Notes: generated from the letters alone by a model not told the origin. A stretch of DNA of 64,000 nt from an uncultured Bacteroidia bacterium (GCA_943788195.1 CALSPH010000002.1:526004-590003); one strand, 5' to 3'; positions 1-10,552 are shown, counted from the first letter of the stretch. Numbers and translations are program-made.

Positions 1-1027
1 TAAAAGGGTAGAGTAAATCACCTACATAAGTGAGAGTTACTTGTTCAAATGTGCCTAAAACACTTTCACGAATATGTAACTTAAGATATTTTGTCTCTGT
101 AAAAGTGGATTTGATGATTTTCACATACTCCGGCTTACTTGCGTGCCAACCCCCTGTTTTGTGAAAAGCTTTGCCTTCTTGCCAGATGAAGTCAGCTGCA
201 TAAGGGGGCAGAGAGTCCTTAAATGCGCATAATCGATAGTTTTCAGTAACACAATGCTCATCCAAATAGCTTTTAAGTATTCCACTTTCAACCATTTTAC
301 CCATAAAGAATACATGCCCTTGCTTGCTAAATGTAAACTCATCATTGGTTACTAAATTAGAAGTGCATTGCGCACCAAAACTGAATAAGGCCACAATAAA
401 CAATGTTACAGATTGCCTTAAATACAGTTTACTATTCAACCAAGACACCCCTATAAACAGTGTGCTAAAACAAAGCATGGTTAGGGTGTTTGAATTATGG
501 GTTAACAGGGCGAAGAACGCAACCAATAGAAACCCAATTCGTTTCAAGTTATTAGATTCGAGTATAAACAATAAGGAGGCCAGCAAGGTGATTGCAGTAA
601 ATATATCAGCGGTGATTTGCGAGGCGATCCAAGTCACTGGAGTAAGCAAGACCACTAGCCCAATGAACACAATACCGATGCCTGCCTTATTCCTTGGAAT
701 TAATTTTTCTACAAGCTCCAACATCAAGTAACTAAGCAACACGGATTGAGCAATTACAGGCCACCAAATGGACTTGGTTATGGAAACAAACTTGATGAAA
801 ACTCCATAAAATGCAGGGCGATCACTTGGGAAAAACCAGGCATAGGCCATATTTAAATATGCACCCGTATCTTGAGTAATCAATGGATATGTATTGATTA
901 AAGCAATGGCCAATAGTAAGATTGCTCCAATAAGGACATAAATGGCTTTTCGTAGATGAGTCAAATCACTTAGGATATAATGCAAAATAAAGCAATTCTG
1001 GGGTAAACCATCCGTATACACACACAT
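1..1027 (-). CDS. Polytopic membrane protein, 3'-truncated by the window edge (possibly GT-C-like; function unknown)
   Basis: I checked every minus-strand codon in the frame set by ATG 1027 (plus-strand triplets starting at 2, 5, 8...). There is no stop down to base 1. An alternative TTG start lies at 964. Translation reads ...THLRKAIYVLIGAILLLAIALINTYPLITQDTGAYLNMAYAWFFPSDRPAFYGVF... with several long hydrophobic segments. It is absent from the ORF track because its stop lies outside the window. Track ORFs 121..345(-) and 324..731(+) are out-of-frame shadows. Confidence 0.6.
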   Translation of the reverse strand, partial: MCVYTDGLPQNCFILHYILSDLTHLRKAIYVLIGAILLLAIALINTYPLITQDTGAYLNMAYAWFFPSDRPAFYGVFIKFVSITKSIWWPVIAQSVLLSYLMLELVEKLIPRNKAGIGIVFIGLVVLLTPVTWIASQITADIFTAITLLASLLFILESNNLKRIGFLLVAFFALLTHNSNTLTMLCFSTLFIGVSWLNSKLYLRQSVTLFIVALFSFGAQCTSNLVTNDEFTFSKQGHVFFMGKMVESGILKSYLDEHCVTENYRLCAFKDSLPPYAADFIWQEGKAFHKTGGWHASKPEYVKIIKSTFTETKYLKLHIRESVLGTFEQVTLTYVGDLLYPF

Positions 1028-1050
1028 TATCAAATAAGAGTCAAAATCAT

Positions 1051-1058
1051 TACTTTTG
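1051..1058 (+). promoter_or_regulatory. Bacteroidota-type -7 promoter box TACTTTTG (TAnnTTTG) for the E1 gene
   Basis: Exact TAnnTTTG match 12 nt upstream of ATG 1070. It places the GTG at 1064 essentially at or before the transcription start. Confidence 0.45.
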
Positions 1059-1069
1059 CACCAGTGACT

Positions 1070-3457
1070 ATGGGGATGACTAAGGCAGAAAAAATTACCA
1101 AAGCAGATTTTAAACAAGAAGTATTAAACGATTATAAGTTAGCTTTTGAAAGCAGAGAAGCCAGCTTAACTGGTAGAAAAGAAGTACTCACCGGCAAAGC
1201 TAAATTTGGCATCTTTGGCGATGGAAAAGAAGTTGCGCAGATAGCCATGGCGAAAGCCTTTCAATTGGGTGATTTCAGAAGCGGTTACTATCGGGATCAA
1301 ACTTTTATGTTCGCAAAAGGTATCAGTGATATACAAAAATTCTTTGCTCAACTCTATGCACATACGGATGTAGAAGCAGAACCGTGCAGTGCCGGAAGAA
1401 GCATGAACGGTCATTTCGGAACACGATTGCTGGATGATGAAGGAAACTGGTTAAAACAAACCGATCAGTTCAATTCAAGTGCAGATATTTCACCTACAGC
1501 GGGTCAAATGCCTAGACTCTTAGGCCTTGCCTGGGCATCCAAACTATACAGAGAAAATAAGGCACTTCACTCATTAACGGATTTTTCATTGGAAGGAAAC
1601 GAAGTTGCTTGGGGAACCATAGGAAATGCAAGTACAAGTGAAGGGCACTTTTGGGAAGTGATTAATGCCGCTGGAGTATTACAAGTGCCCATGTTGATGT
1701 CCGTATGGGATGATGGATTTGGCATTTCTGTCCCTGCGCGATATCAAACAACCAAAGAAGATATATCCGCTATTTTAAAAGGATTCCAAACGGATGAAAA
1801 TGGAAAAGGATATCAAATATATACGGTTAACGGCTGGGATTATGCAGCGCTATGCAAAACCTATGCTGAAGCGGCTAAAGTTTGCAGAGAACAGCATGTT
1901 CCAGTATTAGTGCACGTTAAAGAAATTACTCAACCACAAGGCCACTCCACCAGTGGGTCACATGAGCGCTATAAATCGAAAGAGCGTCTTCAATGGGAGA
2001 TTGATTTTGATTGTATTTCGAAAATGCGAACATGGATTGAGGAAAAGAAAATTGCCAGCACAGCTGAATTGGATGCACTTGAAAAAGAGGCAAAATCGGA
2101 GGTTAGAAAAATAAAACGTGCGGCTTGGGAAGCATTTTTAGAGCCCCTTAAGCAAGAAAGAGATTTGGCTAGTGCATCGATTCGTGCAGTAGGCAATGAT
2201 TCTTTAGCAGATGAATTAGACAAAAACCCAGAGCCCATCCGCAAAGAAATTGACGCTGCATTGCATGAAGCCATTCGATCTAGTATAAACCATTCCAGCG
2301 CAGAAAGAGATGCGTTAATCGCACTTAAGAAACAATACAATGCAGACAACTCAGATCGCTATAGCAGCCATCTATACAGCCAATCTGACCAAGCTGCACT
2401 TAATATTACTCCAGTGGAGGTTGAATACGCGAATGGTGCGCAAAAGGTAGACGGAAGAGAAGTACTCAACGCATGTTTTGATGCAGCTTTTGACCGCATG
2501 CCTGAATTGATTGCCTTTGGTGAAGATTTAGGAAACATTGGTGATGTGAACCAAGGTTTTGCTGGCTTACAAGAAAAATATGGTGAGGTAAGAATAACCG
2601 ATGTTGGGATTCGTGAAGCAAGTATATTGGGCCAAGGAATTGGAGCAGCGATGCGCGGCTTGCGCCCCATTGTAGAAATACAATATTTGGATTATTTGTT
2701 GTATGCCATACAAACCATGAGTGATGATTTAGCTACCCTGCAATGGAGAACCAAAGGTGGTCAAAAATCTCCAGTAATCATAAGAACACGTGGACATCGT
2801 TTGGAAGGGATTTGGCATAGTGGATCCCCAATGGGCATGATCCTTAATGCGATTCGTGGTATACATGTTTTGGTGCCCCGTAACATGACCAAAGCTGCTG
2901 GGTTCTATAATACCTTATTAAAAAGTGATGAGCCTGCCTTATTGATTGAATGCCTAAATGGCTATCGAATTAAGGAAGATATGCCTAGTAATATTGCGGA
3001 ATATTGCGAGCCATTTGGAATTCCAGAAGTAATCATAGAAGGTTCCGATGTAACCGTAGTAACCTATGGAAGCACATGCCGAGTGGCTGAACAAAGCGCT
3101 CAACAATTGGCTCAATTAGGCGTTTCTATTGAGTTAATTGATGTGCAAACCCTATTGCCTTTTGACCTTAATCATAGCATTTCCAAATCCCTTGAACGCA
3201 CAAATAAGGTGGTATTCTTGGATGAAGACGTGAGTGGAGGAGCAACGGCATACATGATGCAAAAAGTACTGGTTGAACAAGGCGGAATGCGCCACTTGGA
3301 TGCAGAAGCGTTAACCATTGCCTCTCAAGATCATCGCCCAGCCTATGGCACGGATGGGGATTATTACAGCAAGCCGAATGCAGAAGGAATTACTACAGCT
3401 ATTTATGCGATGATGCATGAATATGATCCAGAGCAATATCCAGCACTGGGATTGTAA
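1070..3457 (+). CDS. Fused 2-oxoacid dehydrogenase E1 component, alpha/beta subunits in one polypeptide (TPP-dependent)
   Basis: ORF of about 795 aa. The N-terminal half is E1-alpha-like (WGTIGNASTSEGHFWE). The C-terminal half is E1-beta/transketolase-like (ITDVGIREASILGQGIGAAMRGLRPIVEIQYLDY, then a transketolase-C-like end). A helical linker of about 130 aa joins them. The track start GTG 1064 is unlikely given the -7 box; ATG 1070 or 1076 is preferred. Confidence 0.85.
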   Translation: MGMTKAEKITKADFKQEVLNDYKLAFESREASLTGRKEVLTGKAKFGIFGDGKEVAQIAMAKAFQLGDFRSGYYRDQTFMFAKGISDIQKFFAQLYAHTDVEAEPCSAGRSMNGHFGTRLLDDEGNWLKQTDQFNSSADISPTAGQMPRLLGLAWASKLYRENKALHSLTDFSLEGNEVAWGTIGNASTSEGHFWEVINAAGVLQVPMLMSVWDDGFGISVPARYQTTKEDISAILKGFQTDENGKGYQIYTVNGWDYAALCKTYAEAAKVCREQHVPVLVHVKEITQPQGHSTSGSHERYKSKERLQWEIDFDCISKMRTWIEEKKIASTAELDALEKEAKSEVRKIKRAAWEAFLEPLKQERDLASASIRAVGNDSLADELDKNPEPIRKEIDAALHEAIRSSINHSSAERDALIALKKQYNADNSDRYSSHLYSQSDQAALNITPVEVEYANGAQKVDGREVLNACFDAAFDRMPELIAFGEDLGNIGDVNQGFAGLQEKYGEVRITDVGIREASILGQGIGAAMRGLRPIVEIQYLDYLLYAIQTMSDDLATLQWRTKGGQKSPVIIRTRGHRLEGIWHSGSPMGMILNAIRGIHVLVPRNMTKAAGFYNTLLKSDEPALLIECLNGYRIKEDMPSNIAEYCEPFGIPEVIIEGSDVTVVTYGSTCRVAEQSAQQLAQLGVSIELIDVQTLLPFDLNHSISKSLERTNKVVFLDEDVSGGATAYMMQKVLVEQGGMRHLDAEALTIASQDHRPAYGTDGDYYSKPNAEGITTAIYAMMHEYDPEQYPALGL

Positions 3458-3503
3458 ACGCACTTACTCCTTAATGTAGATAAGCGGTGCTGTATTGTAA
3501 ATT

Positions 3504-4847
3504 TTAATCCACGTTATCATGCAGATAACTGTTCCCCGGCCGCAAGGAAATATCACGATCTTGCTCAACATCTTCTGAAAGGCTTAACTTAGAAACTTCG
3601 ACTTCATTTTTGCTTTCGTCCAATTCTACTCCCTTTCTTAAATAGGCAGGGGTATTATACATATCCTTCTCTTTAACATCTTCTTGGTTAAAGATTTCAC
3701 CTCGATCTCTCCATTTGCGTTCTTGTCTGCTAAACAAGTTGTTCGGCTCTTTTTTGGTTTCTTGAATGGGTGCACTTACGGTTTCCTCGTCTGAATCAAA
3801 GTCAATCACAATGCCTTGTGGCTCTTCCTCTTGCATTTCAGTTTCTACCTCATTTAATGGTGCATAAGGGCTTCCTAAATCGTTGCTTACAAAACCGGTA
3901 GCAATGATCGTTACAGACAGTTCTGGCCCCATATTGGGATCATGACACAATCCAAATTTGAGTTGTGCATTTAACCCTGCTTCCTGTTGGAAATATTGAT
4001 TCACCAATTTTATTTCCCTTCCATAAGGCTCTTCATTACCGTAGGTATAATTAACCAGTAGATGTTTTGCTCCTTCAATCTTCGTTTCATTCAATAAGGG
4101 AGACTCTAACGCTAGTCTTGCCGCATCTTCGGCTCTATCTTCACCTACCGCAATACCAGTTCCCATAATCGCTCTTCCGCTATCGGTCATGGCTGTTTTA
4201 ACATCTTTAAAATCCACGTTCATTTTACCAGCAACGGTAATAATTTCAGCAATTCCCTTGGCTGCTATGCATAGCACATCATCTGCTTTTGCGAATGCCT
4301 CAGAAATACGCAAGTCTCCAAACATTTCTATAATACGATCATTGGCAATAACCAATAAAGCATCTACATTGGATTTCAATTCTTCAATTCCCTCAATCGC
4401 CTGGGCTTTTCTTACTGGTCCTTCATCGTCAAAAGGTGTGGTTACAATACCCACTGTGAGTATATCCATATCCTTAGCAATCTTAGCTATTACCGGAGCA
4501 GCACCTGTACCGGTTCCACCACCCATACCTGCAGTAACAAAAAGCATTTTTGTATTGTGCGACAGCATATCTTGAAGATGCATTTTGCTCTCCTCAGCAG
4601 CTTGCTTGCCCACTTCTGGCTTAGAACCCGCTCCTAATCCTTCGGATATGCTGGTGCCAATCTGAATCTTATTTGGGATGGGACTCATTTCTAAAGCCTG
4701 AGCATCCGTGTTGCATATAATGAAATCAACGCCCATGATACCTTGCTCGTACATATGGTTTACTGCGTTACCTCCACCTCCACCAATACCAATAACTTTG
4801 ATAATGTTGGATGCCTCTTTGGGTAAATCTACTCTAAAATTTGCCAT
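3504..4847 (-). CDS. ftsZ: Cell division GTPase FtsZ
   Basis: GIGGGGGNAVNHM and GGGTGTGAAPVIA tubulin-signature motifs. PAYLRK C-terminal peptide. Last gene of the dcw cluster. Confidence 0.97.
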   Translation of the reverse strand: MANFRVDLPKEASNIIKVIGIGGGGGNAVNHMYEQGIMGVDFIICNTDAQALEMSPIPNKIQIGTSISEGLGAGSKPEVGKQAAEESKMHLQDMLSHNTKMLFVTAGMGGGTGTGAAPVIAKIAKDMDILTVGIVTTPFDDEGPVRKAQAIEGIEELKSNVDALLVIANDRIIEMFGDLRISEAFAKADDVLCIAAKGIAEIITVAGKMNVDFKDVKTAMTDSGRAIMGTGIAVGEDRAEDAARLALESPLLNETKIEGAKHLLVNYTYGNEEPYGREIKLVNQYFQQEAGLNAQLKFGLCHDPNMGPELSVTIIATGFVSNDLGSPYAPLNEVETEMQEEEPQGIVIDFDSDEETVSAPIQETKKEPNNLFSRQERKWRDRGEIFNQEDVKEKDMYNTPAYLRKGVELDESKNEVEVSKLSLSEDVEQDRDISLRPGNSYLHDNVD

Positions 4848-4864
4848 AGTTTTTAATATTTATT

Positions 4865-6163
4865 CTATCCGTTATAATCTGGTAAATCCTCGTCTTTGAA
4901 CCATTGTTTGATACCTCCAAAATTTGGAATATATTCTGACATTGGTTTTTTACTTCTTGGTTTTGTAGCAGGCTTAGGCGTATTGGTTTGCAAGCTATAA
5001 CTCTCAGAGTCTAAGCCTTTCAATACCAGTCCGATACCAGTGGCATACATTGGACTCTTCACCTCCTCTACCATCCCTTTGGCTAAATGCTGGTGCGGAA
5101 GCCCTAAATTCACTTCCAACCCAGTGGTATATTCTAATAATTGACTCACATCTTTTAATTGCGCTCCACCACCGGTCAACATGATTCCACAATGCAATCG
5201 ATCTTTAAAACCAGATGCATAAATCTCATCATCCACCAATTCAAATACTTCCTCCATTCTAGCATTGATTACCCGTGCTAGATTCTTTACTTTAATTTCT
5301 TTGGGTTTTCTATTACCAACACCAGGAATAACAACCACTTCATTATCCTTAGTGCTATCTGGAATCGCACAGCCAAATTTTGTTTTTAATTTTTCAGCTT
5401 GCTTCTGCAACAGGCTAAAGGCTTCCATTACATCCTGGGTAATAACATCACCACCAAAAGGTATAACAGCAGTATGTCGAATCTTACCCCCTTTAAAAAT
5501 GGCTATATCTGATGTACCACCGCCAATGTCCAACAAGCAAACGCCTGCTTCCATTTCTTCTTCTTCTAAAACAGCTTTGGAAGATGCAATCGGTTCAACG
5601 ATGATATCAACCATTTCAAGACCCGCTTTTTCAACACAACGTTTAATATTCTTTGCTGCGTTAATCTGACCGGTTACAATGTGATATATTCCGTCTAGTT
5701 TTGTTCCAGTTCTTCCTACAGGATCTTGGATCCCACGCTCATTATCCACAATATATTCTTGTGGTAAGACATGAATAATCGTATTTCCAGGCTCAACTGC
5801 CAAGCGATACATGTCACTTTGTAGTTGATCCAATTCTTCTTGTCCAATTTCACGATCGCCTTCAGTTCGGATTAATGTACCGGTATGTTGTAAACTTTTA
5901 ATATGATGTCCTGCGATTCCAACATGCACCTCTCCGATGTTTATTTTAGAATTCATCGAGGCCAATTCTATGGCTTTCTGAATGGCTTCTGTAGTTTTAT
6001 TTATATTCGCAACAACGCCTCTTGAAACTCCTCCTAGTGATGGTGCTTTGCCCATCCCTAGTACGTTTAGCTTACCATTTTCGTTCAACTGACCTACAAT
6101 TGCACAGATCTTGGTAGTACCAATATCCAATCCAACTACGATTTTATTATTGTTTGAGTGCAT
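4865..6163 (-). CDS. ftsA: Cell division protein FtsA (actin-like ATPase)
   Basis: DIGTTKICAIVG and DIGGGTSDIAIF phosphate-binding motifs. Sits between ftsQ and ftsZ. Confidence 0.95.
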   Translation of the reverse strand: MHSNNNKIVVGLDIGTTKICAIVGQLNENGKLNVLGMGKAPSLGGVSRGVVANINKTTEAIQKAIELASMNSKINIGEVHVGIAGHHIKSLQHTGTLIRTEGDREIGQEELDQLQSDMYRLAVEPGNTIIHVLPQEYIVDNERGIQDPVGRTGTKLDGIYHIVTGQINAAKNIKRCVEKAGLEMVDIIVEPIASSKAVLEEEEMEAGVCLLDIGGGTSDIAIFKGGKIRHTAVIPFGGDVITQDVMEAFSLLQKQAEKLKTKFGCAIPDSTKDNEVVVIPGVGNRKPKEIKVKNLARVINARMEEVFELVDDEIYASGFKDRLHCGIMLTGGGAQLKDVSQLLEYTTGLEVNLGLPHQHLAKGMVEEVKSPMYATGIGLVLKGLDSESYSLQTNTPKPATKPRSKKPMSEYIPNFGGIKQWFKDEDLPDYNG

Positions 6164-6172
6164 ATCCTTATT

Positions 6173-6955
6173 TTACTTTTTAACGGTTACTATTTGGCCT
6201 TTAAATTTAACACTTAAAGTCTTGTATTTATCCCAACCTACGCTGGGTAACGCATTCTTAATAAAGACCTTTAAGTCGGAGAATTTCTGATCCAAACGCT
6301 CAGCATTCCCCAATACAATGGTAAAACTTCCCACTTTAGGAATCAAGATTAGATCTTTATACTTATCTACATACAATTGCTCAGTGAACTGTTTCCAAAA
6401 CAAGTCGTTTTCTATGTAGCTAGCGGTTTTAAAAACATCTTGTATCACCTTCGACCTTAAGCTGTCTTGTGGAATTCTTTTTTCAAGGATATATCCATTG
6501 GCAACCAATACGCGTGCAGCAGTTCCAGTAATAACCGAAAACTTGGTGCCTTCTTTATCAATATAATACTGACTTTGGCTGGAATTCACCACTCTAGCAA
6601 TCGGTTGGCGTTGTGTAATTTTGCAAAAAAGATTCTGTTTTAAATCAACATAAATCTCTGCATTCTTAATATATGGGTTCCTTTCTAACACTCGCTCACA
6701 ATAGGCTTTATTAAAGACTGAACGATTGGTTAGGGTATCAATTATCGCATGGATGTCCTTTTCTGTTAAAAAGTTGATTTTATTCGGCAAAGGAGTGATT
6801 TCTATTTTCACCTCTTTAAATTTCTTCCCGTTACTTGATTTATTAAAAACCAAAAACAAACATACCAAAGCGAGTATTCCTGCAAGGGACCAAACAACCA
6901 ATTTGCTCAGCGAAGTAGATTTCTTCTTTGGTGGATTATGCGGTTGATTCTTCAT
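6173..6955 (-). CDS. ftsQ: Cell division protein FtsQ
   Basis: Basic N-terminus, one TM segment (LVVWSLAGILALVCLFLVF), then a POTRA/FtsQ-type periplasmic domain. Lies between murC and ftsA. ATG 6955 is preferred; it sits inside the murC stop region (ATGAAGAATCAACCGCATAA). The track start at 7012 would overlap murC by 77 nt. Confidence 0.85.
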   Translation of the reverse strand: MKNQPHNPPKKKSTSLSKLVVWSLAGILALVCLFLVFNKSSNGKKFKEVKIEITPLPNKINFLTEKDIHAIIDTLTNRSVFNKAYCERVLERNPYIKNAEIYVDLKQNLFCKITQRQPIARVVNSSQSQYYIDKEGTKFSVITGTAARVLVANGYILEKRIPQDSLRSKVIQDVFKTASYIENDLFWKQFTEQLYVDKYKDLILIPKVGSFTIVLGNAERLDQKFSDLKVFIKNALPSVGWDKYKTLSVKFKGQIVTVKK

Positions 6956-8321
6956 TTTGATATGATTTAACAATAGGTTGAACAATTCGATCGATATCCC
7001 CTGCCCCAGCAATTACCAACAATTCGGGCCTCGTGGCCGCAAGTTCATCTATGGCCTCTTCTCGGGATAACACGCTCTTTTGATCCAAGTCGATTTTAGA
7101 CAATAAGGCTGTGCTTGTTACCCCTTCTATCGGTAGCTCTCTTGCCGGGTAAATGGGGTTAATCATCAAATGGTCTACTTGGCCCAAAGCCAAGGCAAAT
7201 TCATCCATAAAATCGCGCGTACGACTATACAAATGCGGCTGAAAAACCATGTGCATTTTCCGATTTGGATAAAGTGCACGTACAGCAGAAATGATTGCAT
7301 TCAGTTCTTCTGGATGATGCGCATAATCGTCAATGATCACTTTATTTTGGCTTTCAAATGCTTTTTCAAACCTGCGTTTAACACCCTTAAAATTACTTAC
7401 CGATCTAAGTATATCCTCAGTAGGAATCTTCAATTGTTTCGCAGTAATAATTGCTGCAAGGGCATTTTCTACATTGTGCTTTCCAGGTAAACCTGCTTTA
7501 ATATTTTCAACACTTTGATTCTCTAATAACAAATCGAAATACTGATTTCCTTCTTTGTTCCGCAAATTGGAATAGGCGTTTTTTGCCTTGGCACCATAAT
7601 ATATTGGGGCACCATGATTGATTTGAACTCCTTCTGCTAGAATCAAGGTATCCGAAACCAAATCCGCAAAATCTTGAAAACTCTTCTGCAAGTCTTCGGG
7701 CTTCCCATATATATCTAAATGATCTGCATCTGTTGATGTGATAACGGCAACATGGGGTGAAAGCTGTAAGAATGACCGATCAAACTCATCTGCTTCAGTA
7801 ACCAGCACAGGCTTACCATTCACTTTCAGCCCTTCAGCTTGAATGATATAGTTAGACTTATAATTGGTACTTATGCCGCCTAATATCCCCAGCATCTCGA
7901 ATCCTGCCTCATAAACAATGTGTGCCAATAATGTACTTGTGGTGGTTTTGCCATGTGTTCCAGCCACCGCTAGCGTGTAATGAGTTTGTGAAATAAGACC
8001 TAAAAATGCGGACCGCTTTATGGGGTCATACCCTAAAGCCAACAGATTATTAAAAATCAAATTGTCCTTGGGAATTGCAGGAGTAAAAACCACTAAGTTT
8101 TCATCACTGTAGGATTGAAATTGCGGTGGCAGACTTGACACATCATCTTCAAAGGAAATAACAATTCCTTCGTTGCTCAATTGTTGGGTTAAATTTGAAG
8201 TAGTTTTATCATAGCCATATACCTGCATTCTTTTGTGCACACAAAACCTGGCCAAGGCACTCATACCAATACCACCTACTCCTACAAAGTAAACCGATTT
8301 AATATGTTTTAGCCTTTTCAC
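6936..8321 (-). CDS. murC: UDP-N-acetylmuramate--L-alanine ligase
   Basis: Mur ligase with GVGGIGMSALA N-terminal motif and GTHGKTTT P-loop. dcw position between murG and ftsQ. Confidence 0.95.
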   Translation of the reverse strand: MKRLKHIKSVYFVGVGGIGMSALARFCVHKRMQVYGYDKTTSNLTQQLSNEGIVISFEDDVSSLPPQFQSYSDENLVVFTPAIPKDNLIFNNLLALGYDPIKRSAFLGLISQTHYTLAVAGTHGKTTTSTLLAHIVYEAGFEMLGILGGISTNYKSNYIIQAEGLKVNGKPVLVTEADEFDRSFLQLSPHVAVITSTDADHLDIYGKPEDLQKSFQDFADLVSDTLILAEGVQINHGAPIYYGAKAKNAYSNLRNKEGNQYFDLLLENQSVENIKAGLPGKHNVENALAAIITAKQLKIPTEDILRSVSNFKGVKRRFEKAFESQNKVIIDDYAHHPEELNAIISAVRALYPNRKMHMVFQPHLYSRTRDFMDEFALALGQVDHLMINPIYPARELPIEGVTSTALLSKIDLDQKSVLSREEAIDELAATRPELLVIAGAGDIDRIVQPIVKSYQNEESTA

Positions 8322-8322
8322 T

Positions 8323-9405
8323 TTATTGATTCAAATTTTCCGCTATATCCACAATATCATTTACTGCATTCGGTTTAGCTAATGACTTTATATGCATGGC
8401 AAGTTCAGTAGTACGAACGTTATCATTGATCAATCCAATCACTTTCTCAAGCAGCACATTATTAACCTCAGAATCTGAGACCAATACTGCCGCTTTCTTA
8501 TCTACCATAGCCAATGCATTCTTGGTTTGATGATCTTCCGCCACATTAGGTGAAGGAACAAAAATGGTGGGTTTACCTACGTAACAAAGCTCAGATATAG
8601 ACAAGGCTCCAGCACGCGATACGATTAAATCTGCTAGGCTATACACTTCATGCATTTCCTTTATAAAATTCTGGATTGACACGCCATCTCCTGCTTTCTT
8701 TTGATACGTGTGCTGATAATTCTTGCCGGTCTGCCAGATGACTTGAACGCCATTCTCTATGAGTATGTCTAGAGCAGACTCTACCGCTTTATTGATCGAC
8801 CTTGCTCCTAGACTTCCACCTACCACTAGCAATACTGGCTTATCATTACTTAGTCCATATTTCGTATACCATTCAGGTTTAGCTACGCCCATTTTCAAAA
8901 TACTTTCTCGAATTGGATTACCCGTAATATGAATCTTATCAACTGGAAAAAATCGACTCATGTTTTCATACGCCACACAGATTGCATCTGCATTTTTTCC
9001 TAAAATCTTGTTAGTCATTCCTGCGTACCCATTTTGCTCTTGCAACAAGGTTTTTATCCCCTTAGCTTGGGCACGTTTGGTAATTGCTGCACTTGCATAT
9101 CCTCCAACGCCAACCACCAGCTGGGGTTTGTGCTTTTTTAACAGTTGATTACTTATGATTAAACTTCGGATTATTTTGAAAGGCAAATTCCAATTTTTCC
9201 AAAGTTGTTTCCGTTGAAAACCGCTGATAGGCAAGCCAGTAATAGCATAACCTGCTGCAGGCACCTTTTCCATTTCCATACGACCCAGCGCACCTACAAA
9301 ATGAATATTGCAATTTGGGTACCTCCGTTTTATTTCATCGGCAATGGCTACTGCTGGGAAAATATGACCTCCGGTACCTCCTCCTGAAATAATCACACTA
9401 TCCAT
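8323..9405 (-). CDS. murG: UDP-GlcNAc:lipid I N-acetylglucosaminyltransferase MurG
   Basis: GGGTGGHIFPA motif and GT28 architecture. ATG 9405 overlaps the ftsW stop (ATGGATAG). The track start at 9432 is a possible but less likely extension. Confidence 0.93.
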   Translation of the reverse strand: MDSVIISGGGTGGHIFPAVAIADEIKRRYPNCNIHFVGALGRMEMEKVPAAGYAITGLPISGFQRKQLWKNWNLPFKIIRSLIISNQLLKKHKPQLVVGVGGYASAAITKRAQAKGIKTLLQEQNGYAGMTNKILGKNADAICVAYENMSRFFPVDKIHITGNPIRESILKMGVAKPEWYTKYGLSNDKPVLLVVGGSLGARSINKAVESALDILIENGVQVIWQTGKNYQHTYQKKAGDGVSIQNFIKEMHEVYSLADLIVSRAGALSISELCYVGKPTIFVPSPNVAEDHQTKNALAMVDKKAAVLVSDSEVNNVLLEKVIGLINDNVRTTELAMHIKSLAKPNAVNDIVDIAENLNQ

Positions 9406-10552
9406 TCGGCACATCTCCTTCCTTCTCATCAATAAAACGACTTACCGATAAGATTGCTCCAAACGCGATACTATTGAAAATAATCGAAGTACCCCCCATG
9501 GATACTAAGGGCAAGGTTAAACCGGTTACCGGCAATAAACTGACTGAGACGCCCATATGAATAAATGCCTGGATACAGAGAAAAAATCCGAGACCTACGG
9601 CCAGCAAGGCTCCAAAAGCTTTGGGACTTTTTATGACTATTCGTATGGTTCTAAATAGAATCAGCAAGTATGCCAGCATAATTCCAATTCCACCGATAAT
9701 TAAACCATATTCCTCAATCAAAAAGGCAAACATAAAATCACTATAACTATGCGGCAAAAAGACCCTTTGGGTACTTTTCCCAGGACCTTTACCAAATAGA
9801 CCACCGGTAGAAACAGCAATTTTTGCCTGTTTTACTTGTACAGACTCTCCTTCATCTCCGCCCATATATCTTTCAACACGTGCCTTCCAAGTGGGTATTC
9901 TTGTACTTTTCGCCCATCCGTCGGAATCTACATTCAATAAAAACACAAGCCCCAAGGTTGCTGCTAACAACATCGCACCGAACAATCCCCCCAAATACTT
10001 TAGGTTAATACGTCCCAAAAAGAGGAGTAAAAAACAGGTTGCAAAAAGAACTAAGGCGGTACTTAAATTTTCAGGAGCTATCATTAAACAGATCACCACA
10101 ATACAAGCCAAAATGGGCCATAAGGTGCTGAATTCATGGGTTTTGTCCTGTTTTTTACTCAGATACCTAGAGATATACATAATCAGACTAACCTTAGCTA
10201 AATCAGAGGTTTGAAAACTAATTCCCAATATGGTTAATCTACGTGTGGCATCATTGGTGTCATCTCCAAGAAGCAGTGTTATCGGTAACAATATGAACGA
10301 TAAAATCAATAACAACTGGGCTATTCGTGAGAAATAACGGTAATCCATCATTTGACAGAAGTACATGATGATAAAACCAACGACCACAAAAACAGTATGT
10401 TTTAATAAATAGTATTCCGTATCTCCACCCTTAAGCGCAAATGCCAAAGAGCCTGTAGCACTATACACTCCAGCCACTCCTATTAGAGATAAAAAAATGA
10501 TACACAGCCAGATTAGCCGGTCTCCTTTAAAATATTTATTAAAAACCTGCAT
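9398..10552 (-). CDS. ftsW: SEDS-family peptidoglycan glycosyltransferase FtsW
   Basis: FtsW/RodA/SpoVE-type protein with about 10 TM segments. dcw position between murD and murG. Confidence 0.93.
   Translation of the reverse strand: MQVFNKYFKGDRLIWLCIIFLSLIGVAGVYSATGSLAFALKGGDTEYYLLKHTVFVVVGFIIMYFCQMMDYRYFSRIAQLLLILSFILLPITLLLGDDTNDATRRLTILGISFQTSDLAKVSLIMYISRYLSKKQDKTHEFSTLWPILACIVVICLMIAPENLSTALVLFATCFLLLFLGRINLKYLGGLFGAMLLAATLGLVFLLNVDSDGWAKSTRIPTWKARVERYMGGDEGESVQVKQAKIAVSTGGLFGKGPGKSTQRVFLPHSYSDFMFAFLIEEYGLIIGGIGIMLAYLLILFRTIRIVIKSPKAFGALLAVGLGFFLCIQAFIHMGVSVSLLPVTGLTLPLVSMGGTSIIFNSIAFGAILSVSRFIDEKEGDVPNG

Noticed and set aside
3507-3650. A 42-residue acidic tail following the PAYLRK C-terminal peptide of FtsZ, where many species have only a few residues.
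   Set aside because: FtsZ linkers and C-terminal variable regions are highly variable between lineages. I cannot tell without an alignment whether this is atypical for the clade.
4189-5669. Long plus-strand ORFs (4189..4575, 5265..5669) inside ftsZ and ftsA, and similar antisense ORFs throughout the track (for example 1990..2349, 9891..10214, 16350..16616).
   Set aside because: They lie antisense to genes with unambiguous family motifs. Their translations are low-complexity, Ser/Pro/Ile-rich shadow sequences with no recognisable motif.
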